NCBI GenBank assembly: GCA_010405405.1
Contig: MU004236.1
Coordinates: 1,742,070-1,806,069 of the forward strand
Length of the DNA: 64,000 bases
Reading direction: 5' to 3'
From: Microthyrium microscopicum
Taxonomy: Eukaryota
The position numbers and the translations under genes were made by a program. The notes beneath the pieces were generated by a model. The model searched no databases and was not told where the DNA came from. It worked only from the letters and a program-made list of their open reading frames with translations. Positions 1 to 10,223 of this stretch are shown in pieces; positions within the stretch are counted from its first letter, which is position 1; every line of letters starts with the position of its first letter.

Positions 1-755
1 ACTCCATCAAACCATCCGCCCGCGCCACAATCCTCGCCCTCCAACGTCTCGGCGTCTCCGCCTCCATCGTCGCCCGCGCAGTCGGCATCCCAGCCAAAAA
101 TGTCCACGCAGCCTGCACACCAGGCGACAAACAAGCTCTTCTCGAAACCATGCAAGCGCCTCTCAATGCTGGCGGCTCAGGCTATACGTGCGCCATGGTC
201 GGCGATGGCATCAACGACAGCCCAGCACTCGCTACCGCAGCCGTCGGTGTCGCGCTAGCCAGTGGCACTGATGTTGCAATGGAAGCTGCGTCCATAGTCC
301 TCATGAACGCCGGTGACCTCCTCGCCGTCCCAGCCTCCCTCCACCTCTCCCGCTACATCTTCGGCCGCATCCGACTGAATCTTCTCTGGGCATGCGGCTA
401 CAATGTCGTCGGCCTCCCCTTCGCAATGGGCTTTTTCCTTCCATGGGGCTACAGTGTCCATCCAATGGCAGCCGGTGCCGCAATGGCGCTAAGCAGTGTC
501 AGCGTAGTAGCTTCTTCGCTAGCTCTTAAATGGTGGTGTCGGCCATCGTGGATGCGCGTTAGCGTACTTGATCCAGGCAGTGCGGGTGCGGAGGATGAAA
601 TTATTGATGAGCCGGCGTGGCTGTGGGGTGAGGTCGTTGGTACTGTGGTTCGGACGCCCGGTCGGTGGGTTATGAGTGTAGTGGGACGGTTGAGGGGACG
701 GAAGGTGGAGGAGCGTGGTGCGTATGTGCAGTTGAGAGATATTGAGCAGCCGTAG
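1..755 (+). CDS. Copper-transporting P1B-type ATPase (Ccc2/CopA-like), C-terminal part; 5' end lies outside the window
   Basis: Frame open from position 3 (SIKPSARATILALQRLG...); hinge motif MVGDGINDSPALA, GTDVAMEAA, TM motifs YN and MAxSSVSVV typical of Cu-ATPases. The P-domain TGD motif appears missing (see findings). Confidence 0.92.
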   Translation, partial: SIKPSARATILALQRLGVSASIVARAVGIPAKNVHAACTPGDKQALLETMQAPLNAGGSGYTCAMVGDGINDSPALATAAVGVALASGTDVAMEAASIVLMNAGDLLAVPASLHLSRYIFGRIRLNLLWACGYNVVGLPFAMGFFLPWGYSVHPMAAGAAMALSSVSVVASSLALKWWCRPSWMRVSVLDPGSAGAEDEIIDEPAWLWGEVVGTVVRTPGRWVMSVVGRLRGRKVEERGAYVQLRDIEQP

Positions 756-1052
756 GGATTGATATTGTATGATAGTTCTTTTTCTTTTGTGTAGATAGGA
801 ATTGTGTTTGGTTTGTGAATGAACTTAAAGATTATGTACTTGTCTATTATCTGTGATGGCCAAAAGGTATATTATATTACACATTTAACGGCGCGGCTTT
901 CTTCATTGTATAAATATCCTTTTGCCACAGGCTGGGAGACCATGTTGATGGGGGCTGTCTTCAGCTTCACATCTTCGTGTATATCGTCCTTCATGTGTAT
1001 ATCGTTCCATCGTAAGTCTAATACATCGTTCCATCGTAAGCATATCGAGTCA

Positions 1053-1350
1053 TTAAACAGAACCTAGTGGTGCATTGCATCGGCCTTCCTCCTCAAGCCA
1101 AGCCAACACATCTCGACGAAGTCCTTCCCGTACCAAGTCTCGATCAGGATGGACGTCATTGCCCGCTTCCACCAAGAAGTTTTCAGGTGCGATGCCTGGG
1201 GCGACAGATGGGAGCCAGATGCCCCGAACACTCATCAATCTCTCTATAGATCACACAAGACTAGCTCATAATCTTCAGCCTAGTAACATAGTTTCCTCAG
1301 TTATTCGTAACTTTTGGTCCAAGATTAGTCAGATCTGGGGTAGATAGTTC
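1053..1350 (-). pseudogene. Decayed C-terminal fragment of a third APH/kinase-like paralog
   Basis: ORF 1053..1238 (APGIAPENFLVEAG...DRDLVREG...VLAWLEEEGRCNAPLG) aligns by eye to the C-terminus of the 1733..4387 gene (CPQFAPKLAMKEAG...DQTIVRNG...VKIWLSTEGRADPPAG); upstream SLV*SIERL matches GLTWSMAKI with TGA at the Trp; further upstream are stops and frame changes. Confidence 0.7.
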
Positions 1351-1732
1351 ATTCAACATTACACAATATATCCTGCTACCGTCGCGGATTTTACTACCAG
1401 CGAATTCTTGTTTTCAATTCTGGCTTCGTAGGGTTGGGAGCATCGGGCAGTCTTTTCAAGCGATGTGACGGGGCGTACTCGTTTGCGTTTTAGTCGGCGA
1501 AGCGCCCGTTCTTTATCGACCAAACGCGTCCGTCAACAACATTGTTCCTGGGCGGTTCGTACATACTGCAAAGAATATGGCAAAGGTTTGGGCGTCAATT
1601 ACCAACGTCGCGGGTCTTTGTCGATGATGATATATATACTCTCGCCGAATTATGTGAGCAATTGTGCTCATTAGGAGTATTTCCTCGAATCTCCAAGTGC
1701 GCCGTTATCCTCATAAGAAAGATATCGAGCCA

Positions 1733-4387
1733 TTACTGGAACCCAGCTGGTGGATCCGCTCGTCCTTCAGTACTCAGCCAAATCTTCACCGCTTCCAAAA
1801 TCCCGTTTCGAACGATGGTCTGGTCCTGGTTAGACGAATCACCGGCTTCTTTCATCGCAAGTTTGGGTGCGAACTGTGGGCAAGCTTCGGAGACGATCTT
1901 TGCCATTGACCAAGTGAGTCCATAGCAATCGTTGTTCTTCAGCGACTCGTATATGCTGCAGAGGACATGGGACAGACGAGGATGAGTATCGGTTGCAGCA
2001 CTACCGCCGCTCATATGTTTAAGCATAGATTCTGTGAAGGCTTTGCGGTAGCGCTTTAGCTCTTCGGTGGTGCTGCCTTGGCCGTTTCGACGATCCACTC
2101 GGTTGAAGTAACCGTAGTGGAAATCTTCCCAGAGAAAGAAGGGGTAGGATGTGGACCCCATGGCTGCTGGGACTGTTGAGAGGGTGTCCCAGTCTATGAA
2201 CCCGACGACGTTGAAGTTTTCGTCGACTAGGATGTTTTGCCAGTTTAGATCCGGATGCTTCAGGACAAAGTACTCGGTGCCTGGCGAGGCATTGGCCGAA
2301 AATAGACGTTTCTTGGCTTGGAGGAGATCCATGGTCAAAGGTTCTTTCTCTAGGTGCTCGAAGCGATTGTCGATTGAATCTGGCGAGTGTTTTGGGAAGT
2401 AGAGACGTAGGATCTCGGTAGACAGCCACATTGCGGCCGTGAACAAATGGGAATCTTCGCAACCGGCACGGTACTTACATGACTCGATCAAGTGCGCGTA
2501 TTGATCGGCCAGTACTTCATGGTACTGTTTACGGCAAGGGGTGAAGTATGGCTGTTCGTCATTGCCGTGATCCCCTGGATGGTAATATGGACCGATCAAC
2601 GGCATGGCGTAGAAGTTTGACTTCGAAAACCATAAAGATCCCGCCGCAGGAAATTGCACATCCTGGAACTCGGCAAGGACACTGGCCAAGCTGTCGAGCA
2701 TGTACAGACGTTTTTGCTCTAGACTTCGGCCATCTGTTGGAGCTTTTGTCCATTCGGAAGAGAAACTTGCTCCATCCATACATTCTTGAATTTCGAATGG
2801 ACGCTTCAAGTTGTTTTCGAAAGCGTATTCGGCGGCGAGGCTGAGAGGAGCGCGGATCTTTTTGAACACTTTATTGATCCATCGCGATTGATGGCACGAG
2901 TTTTCCAATTGCCAGGCATCGATCGAGGTCCAACGCTCAATAGTCGCCCGAATATCAACGCGAACGGCGAATTTGAGTCGCTTATGGCGATTATCGAACG
3001 TGACTAGCCAAACACGATGGAAGCTGCCAGAGGTGACATAAGACATAAAATACTTCCCGTCGTTGCCATAGCGGTGGATTGGATAGGGGTATTGGCGCAT
3101 AAGATTGAGAATGTGAACGTCTTGGATGCTGTTCAATTCGTTTCCGAATCCATTGGCTGACGCTGAGATCGATAGCGGCGTGCATGGCTCATAACTGGAA
3201 TCCGTGTCATTTCCGTTGTCTTTGACGGAGATTGCTTCAACATAATTTTTGAAGACCCGGTCTAGCCGATGAAGATTTCCTCCAGTGTTGTTTACGCCGG
3301 CGGATTGGGTCTCCTTTCCAGATCCAGGCTCTGCATAGTTCGAACCAGGTTCGTGAGCTGGATCGAGACCCCAGGTGTAATCCAGGCCGTCAGAAGTAGA
3401 CTGCTCGGAATTATGAGCAAGCCCAGGGGGAGACACAAAGTCATTTTTGGTTACTTGAGGAAGTGCTTGCGCAGTGGAAGCAACATTCTCCTTAGACCGG
3501 CCCTCTGTATCTTCTTTGTTCGTTAACTTCCCACCGTCATGAAGCTCTACGAAAGTAGAAGACTGTTCGACCACAGAAGCCAGCTGTTCTAACTCTTCAG
3601 AGATAGTATTTCTATCAATATTTGGATTATCCGAAGGTCCAGTGGGTGTGGCTGACTCATGTTGCCCGGAGGATATTACTGGTGGCTCAGAACTCGATGC
3701 AACATCATTTGAGCCATGGTTTGTAGATCCAGTTGGTACTTTCGGGGCAGTGTCAGTCGACTGAGCTGTGTTTCTAACGGGCATGATGGGAAGCACAGGC
3801 GGCGTATTTGTAGCAGTTACAATCTGGGCCACTAGAGCCGGAGAATGCCCACAGATAATTGCAGTGGTGGCTGTGCCAGTGGGAGAGATCGCGTTTTTGG
3901 GTGCTTCTCGCTCTCGCAGCTTCTTGAGTTGCTTTTTGGTGGTTTGATATGCTTTCCGGACTCGTTTGGTGGTTGCTTTCCCGACTCGCAAAGCAGCCGC
4001 TCGCAGAGAAGGATCAACTGAGACAAGAAATGGGAACATCGCGAGAGTGGTTGCAAGCACAGTCTGATATGATCTTATGGTCAGTGTAGACTCAGCAGCT
4101 TGCTGGACTGGGGCTCGACCGCGATCAGAATCTACAAGCAGTGAGAAAGGAGCAAACTAAAGACTCGAATCTTACGTACCGTCGGCCTATGCCACTAGAA
4201 GAAGCTCTTGTAGAATAGAGAGAAGCGTGATTAGGGAATTGGATCTGCTATAGTCAGGGGGGTTTGTAGGCGAATAGGAACTCTTGGGAGATTTCGAGGA
4301 TTGTGAGTGCTGTTGGAACGATGATTTGAAGGAGAAGTCAGAACTATAGGTTTCAAAACTGGGAAGACGCTCGGAGTACGCGTCCAT
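1733..4387 (-). CDS. APH-family phosphotransferase / protein-kinase-like protein, copy 1 (long low-complexity N-terminus; upstream exon carries an in-frame TAG)
   Basis: GSFHRVW loop, AVRV, Brenner motif HPDLNWQN, GFIDWD. Putative exon 1 4387..4180, intron 4179..4132 (GTACGT...CTCAC...TTGTAG, 48 nt), exon 2 4131..1733, all in one frame except TAG at 4187-4189; an alternative start is the ATG of MFPF near 4039. Confidence 0.8.
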
Positions 4388-5589
4388 CCTCGAGCCATCA
4401 CTTTCTTCACCTTGGGAGACGCGAAGGCTTGTTTACCCTCCAGTCCCTGACTTGGTGAAAGCCGCGCCATACCTGGGGAGGTGCTCGTGTCTATAGCTTG
4501 GAGGTGAAGCGTCACCTGGAATTGATGGAATTGACAGAAAACAGTCAAGTCAAGTAGAAGGTGAACGATACCTAACTCAAGTACCTTATGTCATGAAACA
4601 AAAGGTATGGATGACAGGAACATGTCCTTGGGAATGATAGAGACTTTTGGAACTTCAAGGACGCTTGGGCAAGAGCAAAAGACTATGATTTTCGCGATTC
4701 AGACTGGTATAATGGAGAACCAAATTCGATCAGTACAAAACTCTGAGACGGTGATAACCTTTATACCGACAATTGAGCTCCAAGACGGTCATTATAGGCT
4801 CTTCGTTTGTGAGCTCCTAGAGATCAATTCCTTACAATGAGAGAGACAATCGAACTCGTAATCCTGGGATGTACTACTAGTACTCATGGGAGTTTACAGA
4901 TCAACGGCTATGGCACTCTGTTTCAACTATAGTTATATTGCATTTTGCAAAACCAAGTATTGGGACGTTAACTTACCCCCGGTGCTTGATATATCTCGAA
5001 AGTAGACAGGCTACTCAGTACTAATGGGATGTTCTAGCTCTTACAAACGAACTCTCTCCAATATATTATGGATGGACTTATGTCTACTAGTATATACAAA
5101 TACAACCAGCAAACTTGATAAAATCTGGAACAACTCCATTTGAAGTTTGTCTACACCTTGTCTAGGTAGATTTGTTCTAACTCATAATCGATATGACATC
5201 CCCATTTCAGCTGACACTACCCTTGACCAGTCTCCAACATGTATCCTTCGTCTATACAAAGCAATAGAGATATCTAGGCATTCCGCCCACTGATATGATA
5301 CTCCTGACTTGCCACCAACCCGCAATACCAAACACCAACGTTCTTCAGCACCAATGCTTGCTCTCAGGTACCAAAATTGCTCTAAATGAGAATGGTGGCC
5401 AATTTCCTCTTGTGAATCCGGTCGAGAACCGTGGCTCACAATTTTATTGTGGCAAACTATGAGCCACAATCTCATACTCATGGATTCAGGAGAAAACCGC
5501 CCCTGTTCCATCGTTCTCTGGCGATAAATGTCCCTCATGACCCGCTCAAAAACCGTCGTCACATGGGGAGTCGCTTTGAAGGACTCATC

Positions 5590-8500
5590 TCAATCAGTCT
5601 GATCGGGTATGTCCTTAAACTTTAGCGAATCGAGCAGCCATTGGTTGACATATCCAAATATTTTATTCTCGGCTTCTTTGGTTTTGAGGAATTTACGATC
5701 TTCCTCTGGCTTCTCACGGTTCCTCGGGTCTCCTAGCTTGGTGCTTCCTATCATAGACAACCAATATGCCGCTGCCATCTCGGGTTGGGAACTTGTCTTT
5801 GGTAAAGCTTCGCACAGGATCCGTTCCGCCAGCCAATATAAGGAGCTGGCATCATGATAACCTAAATGCTCAAAGACACCGGACATGACGTGGGAGATTC
5901 GTGTGTATCGCGTGGCATTGGACAGTTCTGGCAGGCCGCGATGTTGCGCTCTGTTATCGAAATCAAAGACATTTGCCTCACGAATGAGATTCTGAGCATA
6001 CTATTCTCGGAACCTCTCTAGGTGGGCCTTGGTGTTCTTTGAAAAAAAGCAATGGCTCTCGCAGACGCGCTCTTTGTATTGATATCGCCAGTCATAGCGA
6101 AGCCACAAGGGGTACGATGCCCAGGAAACATATTCATTGACTGTGTCAACCGTATCCCAGTCATACAAGCAAACCACGTTGAGGTTTTCATCGAGCATGA
6201 TATTTTGGGCGTCGAGATCGTTATGTTTTATTTTGAAGTTTTCCTGTTGGGCCCCATCGGTGAGGGGATGAAGAGCTGCCATGACTTGTGCGGGAGTTTG
6301 GAATGGCTGGGGGCTCTGTCGAATTGCTTCCGTGCGACGATAATAAGCTTGTTCATTGAAGTCAGGCCATATGGTCTTCATAATGGCCGAGATCAGCCAT
6401 AATGACCCTGTCTGCTTGCGTTGCTCCACCGTGTTGTTTTCGCCACGAGGAATCCGCATCTCCATGCGAGCCCAATCATCCGCCAAACGATCTCCAAATG
6501 ATGCAAAAGAGGGGGAAAATTCTGGCAGTATATTAATTTCATGGTCTCCTTCATGAAAATAAGGTCCAACCTGAGGCTCAGACTCGTCGTCTGGGAAGTA
6601 GAGAGTTCCTGCAGCATTGAAGCTTCGCGCTCCCAGTCTACTGACTTTGATTGCTAGGCTTTCCATTATGTGCTTGCGTTTCAAATCCAGAGACTGATGG
6701 ACCTCCTGGCCAGGAACGAAACGATACCACTGCGACTGTATAGATTGACCATTGATGCATTGCATAATGGTAAAAGGGCGGCCGAGAACGTTGTCAAAAC
6801 CAGAATCATAAGCGTGAACCTGAGGAGCAAGCCCATAAGTCTTCCATATCCAGTTAGAAGTTCGAGCTTGCTGCTCAAGCTTGAAAGCATCTATCGCGGT
6901 CCAGCGATTCTTTGTTGCACGAATATTGACTCGAACGGCAACCTTAAAGGGATCTGCGAATGGAGATGTTGGAGCGACGACGGCTATGAACACTCGGTTA
7001 AAAGATCCCTTAGGCTTATTATCGAGGACGATAGCTTTGGCCTGGAAGACCTGAGACAAAAGCTGGCGAATTTCTTTGTCCTTGATATACCAGAGCTCGC
7101 CCCATTTGGTCTTTTCCTTTTCATCTGGGTCTATCGCTCCGTTTTCCAGTAGGCTATCTGGCAAGTCCTCATCGGAGTCCTCGTCGGAGTCGTCTTCGGA
7201 GTCGTCTTCGGAGCTACTTGCTGAGTCCTCCTCGGAGCTATCTGCAGAGTCTTGTTGTATATCCTTAGTCGATTCCGCTGCTGACTCCTGTGCTGGAACT
7301 TGCGTCTGAGTCTCGGAACTGTTTGAGCTATCGGTCAAGCTTAGCTCTGGCGATGAGTCTGACGACCTACCAGTGGATGGAATAGTTTTGAGACCGGGCT
7401 GCGCATCGTCGTTGTCCGGAATCGAGGGTCTGACTGTAGCCTCTGTGGATACCTTCACAGCAGAGCTCTTTGGTGGTGGAAGAGTTTCAAGGCCAGGTTC
7501 GCTGGTGACAAATTTTGAGCCTCCATGAACGGAGGAAGTAGTAACTGCATCGCCAAAGTGGGAAAGAGTGGGATCTGATTGGGCGACAATACCATCGCTG
7601 TCGCCTTGATAGGATAGCGTGGACGCGACAGGGTCTGGTATTGCTGGAAGTTGCTTCGATTCTTTAGCTTCTCGCTGCTCAGCTGCCAGTTGGGAGACCT
7701 CCTCTACTAGAAGTAGCGCATGAAGAAAGAGCCGAGTAGCCCTTCGAGCAGTTTCTTCTAATCGGCTCCCAGGATAAACGGCACATGATAGATCTTCATC
7801 GGAAACGGCAGTAGATGAAGAGATGCTGCTATAGCTATTCTGAGGAGACGTATCGCCAGAGACAGGGGGTGTTGGCGGCGCAGGGCCAACGAAGTTCCGA
7901 GAAGTCGTAGAGGACAAGTCGGCTGATTTCTCGTTTGGAGACCATTCTTCGGTACTTTGGATGATGTCACTCTCCAGGGGCTGTGCTATATCTTGCTTGA
8001 GCAGTGCGTCGCCAGAGATATCGCCTTCTGAGTTACATGGCTTCGACTCGTCTTCGGGTTTGGCAGTATCCTTGAGAGTTAGGCCTGCTTTGTCGATAAT
8101 GGGCGTTTCTGTTACACTTACAGAGGGTGTAGGAGACGTATTTTCTGCTTTAGTTGACTGCAGGATGGGCTGATGGGCTGGATCTTCTGTTCCATTCAGG
8201 AAAGGGGAGGGAGAGAATTCTTTCGCATCGGATTGTTGTAGAACGGATTGCTGGGGGTGTTGTTCGCTTCGTACTGAGGAAGGCACACGAGGTGATACCG
8301 CAGCTTCAATTGGTGGTAGCAGTGGTTTTACTTGACCAATTGGACTACATGATGTAGCAGGAGGGTATGTAGTATATACTGGTTCAGAGGGGTTTGGTTT
8401 GCGGAAGGAGCCTTGCGCTTTCTTGATCGCGTTTTGCAGCTTCTTAGAGGCGCCAGTGCGGAGGATCGAGAATTTTCCAGAGAGAGTCATTGTGAAAGGG

Positions 8501-8691
8501 TTGACACGGGGGTATGTGGCGTATGGAGCCGTTTTCTTGAGGAAGACTTAAAGAGAGGGCGTCGAGTCAAAAAGGGGAGACTGCGATAGCTGAAAAAGAA
8601 GACTGCTCGGCGGTTGGGGTGTTTGTTGTGAAGGAGACTTGGAGAAGAAGAAGTCCCATAAAGAGCTGGAGAATTGACTGAGTAGGGACAT
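5590..8691 (-). CDS. APH-family phosphotransferase / protein-kinase-like protein, copy 2 (interrupted by in-frame TAG at 6001-6003; upstream in-frame TAA at 8548-8550)
   Basis: GSFNRVF, AVRV, HNDLDAQN, CLYDWD. Frame continues past the TAG (RFRE*YAQNLIREA...RISHVMSGVFEHL...WLL) into ORF 5590..5886, homologous to the copy-1 C-terminus (RYRKAFTESM...RLSHVLCSIYESL). Main ATG at 8490; in-frame upstream ATG at 8691. Confidence 0.8.
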
Positions 8692-10223
8692 GGCGCGATG
8701 AACAGGTAACCATTGGCGTCGCTTCAGTGAAAGCTGAACGCGTTGAATGTTTTGAGTTTGAGGTGATGTGTACGCGACACAAACGTGGAGAATTTCAAGG
8801 TTGATACGAGAATAAACAGGTTAACGTTGGTGAAGACTGAGTAACGATATTATATAAGAAGAATACTACGTAGATACGACTTGCTTGAGGGCATAGTCGC
8901 ACCGTGCTTGATCGTCTTATGCGATATGATAAGGCCGTGATGATAGAGCGCACAAGTGGAATCTCGTCGCCGCTGGTCATAGAACGAGCACCGGCTGGCT
9001 GAACAATCGTGTTCAAGCGACTATATAATCTGCTAGCAGGCAAAAGCCTTGCCCTAGAATGCTCAACGTAGTCCAAGGCTAGATGTACTTATCCGCAGTA
9101 TGTTCTTGATCACTAAAAGGACTAACACTCGTTAACGCGGTACAACTCTCTAACAACATGGGGCAAGTCTATCAAAACCAAGAACGCATACAATTTTGAG
9201 CTTGAACTGTACATCGACCTGTAAATAAGCAGAAGTCCATCTCATTAGGGTCTGTAAGAGCCATGGATTGCCTTGAAGTGAGGTGTTACCTTATATACCC
9301 CCAACACTGAGCAAAAGATCCGCCGGTCATCCTGTAAGATGTCCAGAGTTAGGCTGCTAGATTTTGAAATGATATCAAGTCTAAGTATGTCAGGTGGTGT
9401 TTACATTCAAGGGGTAGTTGAGAAGCAAAGCATCGAGCGCAAGCTGTGACCAAACTCGATGTTGGTGTAAAGAGCTGCCTAGCTGGGAATATCGGTGAGA
9501 GATATTTGGAAACTAAACAGGAAATCCAACAAAGTCTTCATTGAAGACAATGAAGCATCAATTTGTTTGTCTCAACCTCAAAGGTCTTTCACAAGGACAT
9601 TCTCGATGCTCCGAGGCCATACCTGTCGTCGGGCTTTCGTAGTTGTCCGACCTTCTTATAAGGTAGTATTAGTTATGACGTATAAGATAAAAGAATTGGG
9701 AGAAAACAAGTCATAAATTCTTCAGTATGATTTGACCTTTGACTTCGCGGTTTGTTTACAATCATTCCATTATCTCGTGCTTACCAGACCCTCAAATAGG
9801 GGTTACTTGAGAACAGAGAGAACATCTGACCAACATTGACTTTTTCCAAATAATTTATGCTGTAAGGAATTTGATGATGGAATAAATTGAGGATTCAAAG
9901 CTAGATTTCTTCTGTTTGTTTTGAGACAGAAATACTGAATTAGTAAAGAATCCTCGAGAACCGATCTCGGCCGTGACATTCTATCCAAAGTCATGATGTG
10001 GATATGGCTTGGAATGCTTACTTCATCGCTTTCGCCGGCTGTCGAAGTCCATCTCCGCGGAATCAATAGACCTTTACAAATAACCTTAATTTCTGGATGG
10101 AAATATTGGTCATCTTTTTGAAGCCTTGAGTAACATTTTGGCGCCATTACGTCGCAGTGATATGGTATAATTTGCCAAAATTGTCCCTCACAGAGGATCA
10201 GCGAAACCGTCAACAACTGAACA

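Noticed and set aside
968..1045. Short direct repeats (ATCGTTCCATCGTAAG x2; GTGTATATCGT x2)
   Set aside because: Only two copies each, no spacer structure; ordinary intergenic slippage, not CRISPR-like.
7165..7240. 12-bp tandem repeats in APH copy 2
   Set aside because: Encode the SEDD/SDED acidic low-complexity linker; explained by the CDS.
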